A stretch of DNA of 60,000 nt from Mobula hypostoma. Its lineage: Eukaryota. Of the stretch, positions 11,390 to 23,990 are shown piece after piece. A model generated the notes under the pieces. It did no database searches, was not told the DNA's origin, and worked only from the letters and a program-made list of their open reading frames with translations. The DNA is taken from positions 2,358,001 through 2,418,000 of the forward strand of contig NC_086109.1 of assembly GCF_963921235.1 (NCBI RefSeq), read 5' to 3'. The position numbers and the translations under genes were made by a program. Positions within the stretch are counted from its first letter, which is position 1, and the number at the start of each line of letters is the position of its first letter.

Positions 11390-14300
11390 TAGACACAATC
11401 TTCCCTTCACAAAGCCATGATGACTGTCCCTGATCAGACCATGATTCTCTAAATACCCGTAGTTCCTATCTCTAAGAATCTTTTCCAACAGCTTTCCCAC
11501 CACAGACGTAAGGCTCACTGGTCTATAATTACACGGACTATCCCTACTACCTTTTTTGAACAAGGGGACAACATTTGCCTCCCGCCAATCCTCTGGTAGC
11601 ATTCCCGTGGACAACGAGGACATAAAGATCCTAGCCAGAGGCTCAGCAATCTCTTCTCCTGCCTCGTGGAGCAGCCTGGGGAATATTCCATCAGGCCCCG
11701 GGGACTTATCTGTCCTAAGGTATTTTAACAACTCCAACACCTCCTCTGCCTTAATATCAACATTCTCCAGAACATCAACCTTACTCATATTGTCCTCACC
11801 GTCATCACGTTCCCTCTCATTGGTGAATACCGAAGAGAAGTATTCATTGAGGACCTCGCTCACTTCCACAGCCTCCAGGCACATCTTCCCACCTTTATCT
11901 CTAATCGGTCCTACCTTCACTCCTGTCATCCTTTTGTTCTTCACATAATTGAAGAATACCTTGGGGTTTTCCTTTACCCTACTCACCAAGACCTTCTCAT
12001 GCCCCCTCCTTGCTCTTCTCAGCCCCTTCAGGAGGATTGATTATGGGGAGCAAGGACATGGCAGACCAATTGAATAATTACTTTGGTTCTGTCTTCACTA
12101 AGGAGGACATAAATAATCTTCCAGAAATAGTGAGGGACAAAGGGTCCAGTAAGATGGAGGAACTGAGTGAAATACATGTTAGTAGGGAAGTGGTGTTAGG
12201 TAAATTGAAGGGATTGAAGGCAGATAAATCCCCAGGGCCAGATGGTCTGCATCCCAGAGTGCTTAAGGAAATAGCCCAAGAAATAGTGGATGCATTAGTG
12301 ATAATTTTTCAAAACTCGTTAGATTCTGGACTAGTTCCTGAGGATTGGAGGGTGGCTAATGTAACCCCACTTTTTAAAAAAGGAGGGAGAGAGAAACCGG
12401 GGAATTATAGGCCGGTTAGCCTAACGTCGGTGGTGGGGAAACTGCTGGAGTCAGTTATCAAGGATGTGATAACAGCACATTTGGAAAGCGGTGAAATGAT
12501 CGGACAAAGTCAGCATGGATTTGTGAAAGGAAAATCATGTCTGACGAATCTCATAGAATTTTTTGAGGATGTAACTAGTAGAGTGGATAGGGGAGAACCA
12601 GTGGATGTGGTATATTTGGATTTTCAAAAGGCTTTTGACAAGGTCCCACACAGGAGATTAGTGTGCAAACTTAAAGCACACAGTATTGGGGGTAAGGTAT
12701 TGGTGTGGGTGGAGAATTGGTTAGCAGACAGGAAGCAAAGAGTGGGAATAAACGGGACCTTTTCAGAATGGCAGGCGGTAACTAGTGGGGTACCGCAAGG
12801 CTCAGTGCTGGGACCCCAGTTGTTTACAATATATATTAATGACTTGGATGAGGGAATTAAATGCAGCATCTCCAAGTTTGCGGATGACACGAAGCTGGGT
12901 GGCAGTGTTAGCAGTGAGGAGGATGCTAAGAGGATGCAGGGTGACTTGGATAGGTTGGGTGAGTGGGCAAACTCATGGCAGATGCAATTTAATGTGGATA
13001 AATGTGAAGTTATCCACTTTGGTGGCAAAAATAGGAAAACAGATTATTATCTGAATGGTGGCCGATTAGGAAAAGGGGAGGTGCAACGAGACCTGGGTGT
13101 CATTATACACCAGTCATTGAAAGTGGGCATGCAGGTACAGCAGGCGGTGAAAAAGGCGAACGGTATGCTGGCATTTATAGCGAGAGGATTCGAGTACAGG
13201 AGCAGGGAGGTACTACTGCATTAGTACAAGGCCTTGGTGAGACCACACCTGGAGTATTGTGTGCAGTTTTGGTCCCCTAATCTGAGGAAAGACATCTTTG
13301 CCATAGAGGGAGTACAAAGAAGGTTCACCAGATTGATTCCTGGGATGGCAGGTCTTTCATATGAAGAAAGACTGGATGAACTGGGCTTGTACTCGTTGGA
13401 ATTTAGAAGATTGAGGGGGGATCTGATTGAAACCTATAAGATCCTAAAGGGATTGGACAGGCTAGGTGCGGGAAGATTGTTCCCGATGTTGGGGAGGTCC
13501 AGAACGAGGGGTCACAGTTTGAGGATAGAGGGGAAGCCTTTTAGGACCGAGATTAGGAAAAACTTCTTCACACAGAGAGTGGTGAATCTGTGGAATTCTC
13601 TGCCACAGCAAACTGTTGAGGCCAGTTCATTGGCTATGTTTAAGAGGGAGTTAGATATGGCCCTTGTGGCTACAGGGGTCAGGGGGTATGGAGGGAAGGC
13701 TGGGGCGGGGTTCTGAGTTGGATGATCAGCCATGATCATAATAAATGGCGGTGCAGGCTCGAAGGGCCGAATGGCCTACTCCTGCACCTATTTTCTATGT
13801 TTCTATGTTTCTATGTTTCTTAAGCTCCTTTCTTGCTTCCCTATATTCCTCAATAGACCCATCTGATCCTTGCTTCCTGAACCTCATGTATGCTGCCTTC
13901 TTCCACCTGACTAGATTTTCCACCTTACTTGTCATCCATGGTTCCGTCACCCTACCATTCTTTATCTCCCTCACCGGGACAAATTTATCCTTAACATCCT
14001 GCAAGAGATCTCTAAACATCGACCACATGTCCAAAGTACATTTCCATGCAAAAACATCATTCCAATTCGCACCCGCAAATTCTAGCCTTATAGCCTCATA
14101 ATTTTCCCTTCCTCAATTAAAAATTTTCCTGTCGTCTCTGATTCTATCCTTTTCCATGATAATGCTGAAGGCCAGGGTGTGGTGGTCACTGTCCCCTAGA
14201 TGCTCACCCACTGAGAGATCTGTGACCTGACCCGGTTCGTTACCTAATACTAGACCTAGTATGGCATTCCCCCGGTCGGCCTGTCAACATGCTGTGACAG

Positions 14301-15360
14301 GAGTCCGTCCTGGACACACTTAACAAACTCTGCCCCGTCCAGACCCTTGGAACTAATCAAGTGCCAATCAATAACAGGGAAGTTAAAGTCACCCATGATA
14401 ACAACCCCGTTATTTTTGCACCTTTCCAAAATCTGCCTCCCAATCTGCTCCTCGGTATCTCTGCTGCAACAAGAGGGCCTATAGAATACCCCCAATAGGG
14501 TAACTGCTCCATTCCTGTTCCTGACTTCCACCCATACTGACTTAAAACGGGATCCTGCTACATTACTCACCCTTTCTGGAGCTGTAATCGTATCCCTGAC
14601 CAGTAATGCCACCCCTCCTCCCCTCCCCCCCCCATCCCTTTTAAAGCACTGAAATCCAGGATTATTGAGAATCCATTGCTGCCCTGGTGACAGCCAGGTC
14701 TCTGTATTGGCCACTACATCATAATTCCATGTATGTATCCAAGCTCTCAGTTCATCACCTTTGTTCCTGATGCTTCTTGCATTGAGGTACACACATTTCA
14801 GCCCTTCTACCTTACTGTCTTTACACCGTTTATTCTGCTTCTCTTTCCTCAAAGCCTCTCTGTATGTTAGATCTGGCTTTACTCCATGCAGTTCTTTCAC
14901 TGCTCTATCGCTCTGGGTCCCATCCCCCTTGCAAATTAGTTTAAACCCTCCCGAACCATGCTAGCAAACCTACCTGCAAGGATATTGCCCTCCCTCGAGT
15001 TCAGGTGCAACCCATCCAATCTGTACAGGTCCCACCTTCCCCAGAAGAGATCCCAATGATCCAAAAATCTAAAACCCTGCTCCCTGCAACAACTCCTCAG
15101 CCACGCATTCAACTGCCATCTCCTCCAATTCTTACCATCACTGTCACGTAGCACTGGCAGCAATCCTGAGAACGCCACCCTGGAGGTCCTGTTCTTCAGC
15201 CTGCTGCCTAGTTCCCGAAACTCACACTTCAGGACCTCATCCCTCTTCCTGCCTATGTCCTTGGTGCCAACATGTATCACGACTTGCTTTCCCTCTCGTA
15301 CCAGGATGTCATGCACCCGGTCAGAGACATCCTGGATCCTGGCGCCCGGGAGGCAACAAA
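11390..15360 (-). mobile_element. CR1 family B (ORF1 esterase, APE endonuclease, RT start), split by a nested family A copy and 3'-truncated
   Basis: ORFs 14936-15364, 14256-14900 (YLNARS, ETW, GDFN) and 11345-11989; the sequence reads continuously across 12029|13820. Confidence 0.9.
12030..13819 (+). mobile_element. Young 5'-truncated CR1 family A nested in family B
   Basis: Near-identical to 1490-3256; single stop at 13222-13224; (TTTCTATG)n tail. Confidence 0.95.
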
Positions 15361-15635
15361 CCAAGTATATTTTGCTTCGCGATGTAGCGGCAGATGTAAA
15401 CCCCTAAGTCTAAAAATAGAGGTTAATTTGCAGGTGTGCCTTAAAAGAACGGCTATGGCGCTAGTCAAGCATATTACTCACAGTCAGTTTTGTGGGTTCA
15501 CTGATATTTAACTATGGACGTTAACAGAAGACTGGAGGTAGAACAGTCGGAACTCGAAATAAACGTTGATTCAGTAAAACCACGCACCTACAACAATGTG
15601 GAAACTTCACAGAACATGCCAAAACCAGAGGCAGA

Positions 15636-16840
15636 TTAAAGCATAAGTCATACGAGCAGAATTAGGCCATTTAACCCATCGAGTCTGCTCCGCCATTCAG
15701 TCCTGGCTGATCCTTCCTCCACCTGTTCATCCCACTCCCCGGACTTATCCCTGTAACCTTTGATACCATGTCCGATCAAAAGTCTATCAAGCTCTGCCTG
15801 AAATATACCCAACGACCTGGCCTACACAGATACATGTGGAAACAAGTTTCACAAGTTCATCACATTCTGCCTAAAGAAAATTTTCCGCTTCTCTGTGTTA
15901 AATGGACGCCCCTCTATCCCGAGGCTGTGCCCTCATGTCTCTCCCACCATGGGAAACAACATTTCCATATCTACCACGTCTAAGCCTTTTAACATTCGAA
16001 AGGTTTCGATGAGATCCCCCTCGTCCTTCTGAATTCCAGCGAGTACAGACCCAGAGCTGTCAAACGTTCCTCCTATGATAACACTTTCATTCCCGGTCTC
16101 ATCCTTGTGAACCTCTTCTGAATCTTCTGCAATGCCAGCACATCTTTTATTAGATGAAGAGCCCAACACCGTTCGCGATACTCAAGGTGAGACCTCACCA
16201 TTGCCTTATAAAGCCTCAGCATCACATCCTTGCTCTTGTATTCTCGACCTCTGAAAATGAATGCTAGCATAGCATTTGCCTTTCTCACCAGCGACTCAAC
16301 CTGCAAGTTAATCTTTAGGGTGTTCTGCACAAGGACTCCCAAGTCCCTTTGCATCTCAGGTTTTTTAATTTTCTCTCCATTTAGAAAATAGTCTGCACAT
16401 TTATTTCTTCTACCAAAGTGGATGACCATGCATTTTCCAACATTGTATTTCATTTGCCATTTTCTTGCCTATTCTCCTAATCTGTATAAGTCCTTCTGCA
16501 GCCTACCTTTTTGTTCTACAGGACCTGCCCCTTCAGCAATCTTCGGATCATCAGCAAACCTGGCAACAAAGTCATCTACTCCATCATCTAAATTATTGAT
16601 ATTACAACATAATAATAAGCAGTGCCAACACCGACCCCTGCGGAGCACCACTAGTCAGTCACTCGCAGCCAACCATCAAACGGTCATTTTATTCCCACTG
16701 GCTGCCTCCTACCAATGAGCCAACGCTCTAACCATGCCAGTAATGTTCCTGTAATACGATGGGCTCTTAACTTGGTAAGCAGCCTCATGTGTGGCACCTT
16801 GTCAAAAGCCTTCTAAAAGTCAATTATACAACATCCACTG
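15636..16840 (-). mobile_element. Older CR1 3' half, family C
   Basis: ARFADD, RDLGVLV, KANAMLAFI; multiple frameshifts. Confidence 0.85.
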
Positions 16841-16844
16841 TTCT

Positions 16845-16935
16845 CATTTGTTTCCACAGATGCTGACAGACCTGTTGAGTCCCTCTGGCATGTTGTCCGT
16901 GTTGCTCACAGTTTTCAGCATCTGCTGAATTGCTT
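16845..16935 (+). mobile_element. Degenerate PLE terminal-repeat fragment
   Basis: ccacagatgctgacagacctgttgagt...ttttcagcatctgc matches the right arm and tail of 56440-56653. Confidence 0.6.
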
Positions 16936-17388
16936 TTGACTGCTTTTAAGCCTTTTTTACTGGGAAAAGTGATTTTTTTTCTTCTTGTTCAGCTGACCTA
17001 AATGCACCTTCAAGTACTGTTGATTGTACATTCTTATTTACCCCACTAGTCATCAAAAGCCATGAATGCCTTTAATTTAGTAACAGAAACTAATTATGAA
17101 CTGAAAATCATCTGTAACAGTTTCTTTTCTCTCTAATGCATGATTGGCTCTCAAGTTGAATACAACAATCCACAAAACAAGAACTTCTCCAGTAGCCTAA
17201 AATGAAACCCCTTTGCTAAGAATCCCTAATATTGAAAAGCCAATTTTCATCACTCACCAATAATATAATAGCCTTGTGGCACTGTTCCAGAACAACATGA
17301 TGATCACTGATCTACTCCTAACAAACCAATTCATCACCGGCACCAGAAAAGGAAAAGACCAGTGATAACCAATCCTTCAAGTCAGTAT

Positions 17389-17580
17389 TTGCCGACTGCA
17401 TCCGGTTTTCCTCCAGGATTTCCCTGTATTTTGCTCAATTCACTTTAACCTCTACCTTTACAAGTCTTCTAGGCCTGTTGCAGTAAAGCATCCCCTCAGC
17501 ATGAAGTAGCAACCACCATGCTTCATGGTAGGGGTAGTATGTTTCTGATGATGTGTCTGGTCTGATGGTCAGAAAGTTAA
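17389..17580 (-). mobile_element. Tc1 transposase fragment
   Basis: Reverse complement encodes PTMKHGG...AKYREILEENRMQSA, homologous to about 7120-7275. Confidence 0.75.
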
Positions 17581-17619
17581 ATAGTTTACCCAACAAATTC
17601 AACACTTTGATAGAACAAT

Positions 17620-18457
17620 TCTGCGTGGAGGACGGTGATCAGTGGTGTGCCTCAGGAATCTGTTCTGGGGCCCTTGCTCTTCGTGATTTTTATAAATGAT
17701 CTGGATGAGGAAGTGGAGGGATGGGTTAGTAAGTTTGCTGATGACCTAAAGCTTGGGAGTGTTGTGGATAGTGTGGAGGGCTGTCAGAGGTTACAGCGGG
17801 ATATTGATAGGATGTAAAACTGGGCTGAGAAGTGGCAGATGGAGTTCAGCCCAGATAAGTATGGTGTATCTCATATTGGTAGGTGAAATATGATGGCAGA
17901 ATAGAGTATTAATGGTAAGACTCTTGGCAGTGTGGAGGATCAGAGGGATCTTGGGGTCCGAGTCCATAGGACACTGAAAGCAGCTGCACAGGTTGACTCT
18001 GTGGTTAAGAAGGCATATGGTGTATTGGCCTTCATCAATCGTGGGATTGAGTTTAGGAGCCGAGAGGTAATGTTGCAGCTATATAGGACCCTGGTCAAAC
18101 CACACTTGAAGTACTGTGCTCATTTCTGGTTGCCTCAGTACAGGAAGGATGTAGAAACCATAGAAAGGGTGCAGAGGAGATTTACAACGATGTTTCCTGG
18201 ATTGGGGAGCATGCCTTATGAAAACAGGTTGAGTGAACTCGGCCTTTTCTCCTTGGAGCAACGAAGGATGAGAGGTGACCTGATAGAGGTGTATAAGATG
18301 ATGAGAGGCATTGATCGTGTGGATAGTCAAAGACTTTTCCCCAGGGCTGAAATGGTTGCCACAAGAGGGCGCAAGTTTAAGTCTATGATTTTATTGAATG
18401 GCGGGGCAGTCTCGATGGGCCGGATAGCCTACTCCAGCTCCTCTTTCTTATGTTCTT
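17620..18457 (+). mobile_element. CR1 RT 3' half, family D
   Basis: [28 protein letters not shown]. Confidence 0.88.
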
Positions 18458-18519
18458 AAAAACACGTTTCTGTTCATATCCCTAATTCTGTAGCGATATT
18501 CACTGGTCCCTGACTCAAC

Positions 18520-19100
18520 CACTAGAGGAAATATCCTCTCCACATCCACTCTGTCCAAACATTCCAATATTTGATGTGTTGCAATGATATCCGATGTCCC
18601 CGATTAACTCTCCTTAGCTCCTACCTAATATGCTTAAAATTTCCCTTTTTTGAAGTTAATAATCTCACGCAAGGTCAATGCCTAATCTTGTCCATAGCTG
18701 TATTAAGTCCTATACAGTTGTAATCACTGTTTTCTGACTGTTCTCCCACTGAAAGTTCAATCACTTGGCCAAGCTCATTGCCCGTTAACAAGTAAAACAC
18801 TCGCCCACCAGTTATTGATGATCTACATACCGATTTAAGAAACTCCTCCCGATACACATAACAATTTTTATTCGAAACCTCCTTCACAAGGTTTGAATCT
18901 TTGGAATGCTGTGCCAGAGACTGTGCTGGAGGCTAAGACGTGGGTATATTTAAACCGAAAGTTGATAGATTACTGACAGATTCTGGGCATGAAAGGATAT
19001 GACGAGAAGGCAAGTGTGTGGGGTTGTGTTGAATCCGGGATCAGCCATGACTGAATGGCGGAGAAGACTCGATGTGCTCCTATTTCGTATGCTCTTATGG
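18520..19100. mobile_element. Cluster of small decayed CR1 fragments, both orientations
   Basis: EN-domain remnant GNELGQVIELSVGEQ on the minus strand; CR1 3' UTR on the plus strand at about 18890-19100. Confidence 0.6.
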
Positions 19101-20033
19101 ATGCAAAACGACATTGAAAGTTATTTATCACGCAATTACATGCATCCCTTATTTAGGTAACCCAAGTCCATCACCCCTATAGGCTATAGGGGGCCGACAG
19201 CTGCTTGTTAGAATCCTCTGTCCGAAGCCATTCTGTTGCATTGGTAGGGTGGCCATTTCATGTTAATTCCCAGTCAGCCTATTCTGCCCTCTTTGTTCAT
19301 AAGTTGAACTGGAAAGTACCAACGGCGTTTTGAGTTACGCTTCTCGATGCCCATTTCGACCCTGCTGGCATCCTTCTACTTCTGATTGCATTCTTTCAAT
19401 TCTGCTTCGTTACCTGCCCTACTTAGGCTCCACTCTTTGTCAAGCAAGTTTTCAACGTGTCCGATCTTCTGAAGGGAAAAAAAGCACTTTGTCTGTCCCT
19501 CCGTCTGACCCTTCCTCTTGTCAGATTCATTGTTCCCTGCTTTTGATTATATTCTCTCAATTCTGATTGGGTCCCCGTCTTACTTGGACGCCGCCCTTCG
19601 TCTAACCATCATTTTCAAAGTGTTCCGTCTTCTGAAAGTACTGCACTGTGTCCACTCCTGATGTTTATTGCAAGCACAGTTTTTTTTCTCTCCACAGTTA
19701 TAACATTCGACACGTTCCTAATCCTCTACCAGCCTGGTAGAGGATTTTACCGTGACTTTAGCCACAGTACCCTGTTCACTTTCAGCTTTCATGACCTAGA
19801 TCGATATCTCATTGAACGCGTTTACCAATGATGTAACCACGCATCCAATATTCTCTTTCAGTAAGGGTCCATTCGCCACTGTAGCAACTTTTCAAAACTA
19901 TTATCAATCCATGGGATTCTGCAGGAGAGAGAATCTGGGACTAACAAAAGTCATTCTCCCAGAGGCAGATCAACTTTGAAGTTAATACCCCTGCCAGAGC
20001 CCCAACAGATTCTGCGCTCACCCCCCAGGACAT

Positions 20034-23000
20034 GAGAGGGTACCAGAAGTCGTGATACATGTTGGGACCAACGACATAGGCAGGAAGAGGGATAAGGTCC
20101 TGAAGTGTGAGTTTCGGGAATTAGGCAGAAGGCTGAAGAACAGGACCTCAAGGGTGACGTTCTCAGGATTGCTGCCAGTGCTACGTGACAGAGATGGTAA
20201 GAATTGGAGGAGATGGCAGTTGAATGTGTGGCTGAGGAGTTGGTGCAGGGAGCAGGGTTTAAGATTTTTAGATCGTTGGGATCTCTTCTGGGGAAGGTGG
20301 GACCTGTACAGATTGCATGGGTTGCACCTGAACTCGAGGGGGAGCAATATCCTTGCATGTAGGTTGCTAGCATAGTTCAGGAGGGTTTAAACGAATTTGC
20401 GAGGGGGATGGGACTCAGAGCGATAGAGCAGTGAAAGAAGTGCATGGAATAAAGCCAGATCTAACATACAGAGAGGCTTTGAGGAAAGAGAAGCAGAATA
20501 AACGGTGTAAAGACAGTAAGGTAGAAGGGCTGAAATGTGTGTATCTCAATGCAAGAAGCATCAGGAACAAAGGTGATGAACTGAGAGCTTGGATACATAC
20601 ATGGAATTATGATGTAGTGGCTATTACAGAGACTTGGCTGGCACCAGGGCAGGAATGGATTCTCAATATTCCTGGATTTCAGTGCTTTAAAAGGGATGGG
20701 GGAGAGGGAAGGGGAGGAGGGGTAGCATTACTGGTCAGGGATACTATTACAGCTACAGAAATGGTGGGTAATGTAGCAGGATCCTCTTTTGAGTCAATAT
20801 GGGTGGAAGTCGTCAGGAAGAGGAAGGGAGCAGTTACTCTTCTGGGGGTATTCTATAGGCCCCCTGGTAGCAGCAGAGATACAGAGGAGCAGATTGGGAG
20901 GCAGAATTTGGAAAGGTGCAAAAATAACAGGGTTGTTATCATGGGTGACTTTAACTTCCCTAATATTGATCGGCACCTGATTAGTTCCAAAGGTTTGGAT
21001 GGGGCAGAGTTTGTTAAGTGTGTCCAGGATGGATTCCTGTCACAGTATGTGGACAGGCCGACCAGGGGGAATGCCATACTAGATCTAGTACTAGGTAATG
21101 AACCGGGTCAGGTCACAGATCTCTCAGTGGGTGAGCATCTGGGGGGCACTGACCACCGCTCCCTGGCCTTTATAATTATTATGGAAAAGGATAGAATCAA
21201 AGAGGACAGGAAAATGTTTTAATTGGGGAAAAGCAAATTATGAGGCTATAAGGCTAGAACTTGCAGGTGTGAATTGGGATGATGTTTTTGCAGGGAAATG
21301 TACTATGGACCTGTGGTCGATGTTTAGAGATCTCTTGCGGGATGTAAGGGATAAGTTTGTCCCGGTGAGGGAGATAAGGAATGGTAGGTTGAAGGAAACA
21401 TGGGTAACAAGTGAGGTGGAAAATCTAGTCAGGTGGAAGAAGGCAGCATACATGAGGCTGAGGAAGCAAGGATGCGATGGGTCTATTGAAAAATATAGGG
21501 AAGCAAGAAAGGAGCTTAAGAAGGGGCTGAGAAGAGCAAGAAGGGAGCATGAAAAGGCCTTGGCGAGTAGGGTAAAGGAAAACCCCAAGGCATTCTTCAA
21601 TTATGTGAAGAAAAAAAGGATGACAGGAGTGAAGGTAGGACCGATTAGAGATAAAGGTGGGAAGATGTGCCTGGAGGCTGTGGAAGTGAGCAAGGTCCTC
21701 AATGCATACTTCTCTTCGGTGTTCACCAATGAGAGGGAACTTGATGATGGTGAGGACAATATGAGTGAGGTTGATGTTCTGGAGCATGTTGATATTAGGG
21801 CAGAGGAGGGGTTGGATTTGTTAAAATACATTAGGACAGATAAGTCCCTGGGCCTGACGGAACATTCCCCAGGCTGCTCCACGAGGCGAGAGAAGAGATT
21901 GCTGAGCCTCTGGCTAGGATCTTTATGTCCTCGTTGTCCACAGGAATGGTACCGGAGGATTGGAGGGAGGCGAATGTTGTTCCCTTGTTCAAAAAAGGTA
22001 GTAGGGATAGTTCGTGTAATTATAGAACAGTGAGCCTTACGTCTGTGGTGGGAAAGCTGTTGGAAAAGATTCTTAGAGATAGGATCTATAGGCATTAAGG
22101 GAATCATGGCCTGATCAGGGATAGTCAGCATGGCTTTCTGAAGGGCAGATCGTGTCTAACAAGCCTGATAGAGTTCTTTGAGGAGGTGACCAGGCATATA
22201 GGTGAGGGTAGTGCAGTGGATGTGATCTATATGGATTTTAGTAAGGCATTTGACAACGTTCCACACGGTAGGCTTATTCAGAAAGTTAGAAGGAATGGGA
22301 TCCTGGGAAGTTTGGCCAGGGTGATTCAGAATTGGGTTGCCTGCAGAAGGCAGAGGGTGGTGGTGGAGGGAGTACATTCAGATTGGAGGATTGTGACTAG
22401 TGGTGTCCCACAAGGATCTGTTCTGGGACCTCTACTTTTCGTGATTTTTATTAACGACCAGGATGTGGGGGTAGAGGGGTGGGTTGGCAAGTTTGCAGAT
22501 GACACAAAGTTTGGTGGTGTTGTAGATAGTGTAGAGGATTATCAAAGATTGCGGAGAGACATTGATAGGATGCAGAAGTGGGCTGAGAAGTGGCAGATGG
22601 AGTTCAACCCGGAGAAGTGTGAGGTGGTACACTTTGGAAGGACAAATTCCAAGGCAGAGTACAAAGTAAATGGCAGAATACTTGGTAGTGTGGAGGAGCA
22701 GAGGGATCTCGGGGTACATGTCCACAGATCCCTGAAAGTTGCCTCACAGGTGGATAGGGTAGTGAAGAAAGCTCATGGGGTGTTAGCTTTCATAAGTCGA
22801 GGGACAGAGTTTAAGAGTCGCGATGTAATGATGCTGCTCTATAAAACTCTGGTTAGGCCACACTTGGAGTACTGTGTCTAGTTCTGGTCACCTCACTATA
22901 GGAAGGATGTGGAAGCATTGGAAAGGGTACAGAGGAGATTTACCAGGATGCTGCCTGGTTTAGAAAGTGTGCATTATGATGAGAGATTGAGGGAGCTAGG

Positions 23001-23390
23001 GCTTTACTCTTTGGAGAGAAGGAGGATGAGAGGAGACATGATAGAGGTGTACAAGATAATAAGAGGAATAGATAGAGTGGATAGCCAGCGCCTCTTCCCC
23101 AGGGCACCACTGCTCGATACAAGAGGACATGGCTTTAAGGTAAGGGGTGGGAAGTTCAAGGGGGATATTAGAGGAAGGTTTTTTACTCAGAGAGTGGTTG
23201 GTGCGTGGAATGCACTGCCTGAGTCAGTGGTGGAGGCAGATACACTAGTGAAGTTTAAGAGACTACCAGACAGGTATATGGAGGAATCTAAGGTGGGGGC
23301 TTATATGGGAGGCAGGGTTTGAGGGTCGGCACAACATTGTGGGCCGAAGGGCCTGTACTGTGCTGTACTATTCTATGCTCTATGCTCTAT
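20034..23390 (+). mobile_element. CR1 family B: ORF1 3' part, complete but disrupted ORF2 (APE + RT) and 3' UTR
   Basis: ORFs 20052-20375, 20431-21222, 21269-22033, 22186-22881 (GKFADD) and 22909-23322; short (TCTATGC)-type tail. Confidence 0.95.
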
Positions 23391-23990
23391 ACCTAGTCGG
23401 GGTCTGGGGAATTATTGTATCTTCCTTAGTTTGCATAAACACAGCAAGCAGCTTATCTTCTATACTCAGAATACTGTTTCTGACCTCGTTACTGCTTTGC
23501 TTTATTTCTACACACTTTGTGCCCGTCTCCTCAGTAAATACTGATGCAAAAATATCCATTTTTTTTCTCCCGGATTTCTTTTGTATGCACCCAGAGATGA
23601 CTACCTTCATCATGAAATGTAACAATTTTATCCCCTGCTATGCTTGTTATCAGGGTATCCGAAAAAGCCCGTGGGGTTCTCCTGCACGGGCTGTTTCAGG
23701 GCAAGCTCATGCCATTGCATTTTACCCTCCCGATTTAGCTCTTACTCCGACCCCCAACGGAAACTCGGATCACTGAGCTGCTGTTCTCATCCTTCTATGT
23801 CTAAACTATCATAATTTCACTGCAAAGCCCACGATCTAAGATCACCCTCCTTTCCCTGCAATAATCTTTGGATTGAAATAGATGCAACTCGGAATGTGAA
23901 TAAAAACATGTTGAACCATTTGGTTCCGGTCTTTGTGTGAGGGCTGTACCTCTATTTCCCCACTAACACTCCAGAAGCGACTCTGGCATT

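Noticed and set aside
19160..19900. Possible ancient RTE-like LINE remnant on the minus strand
   Set aside because: Too degenerate to support by eye
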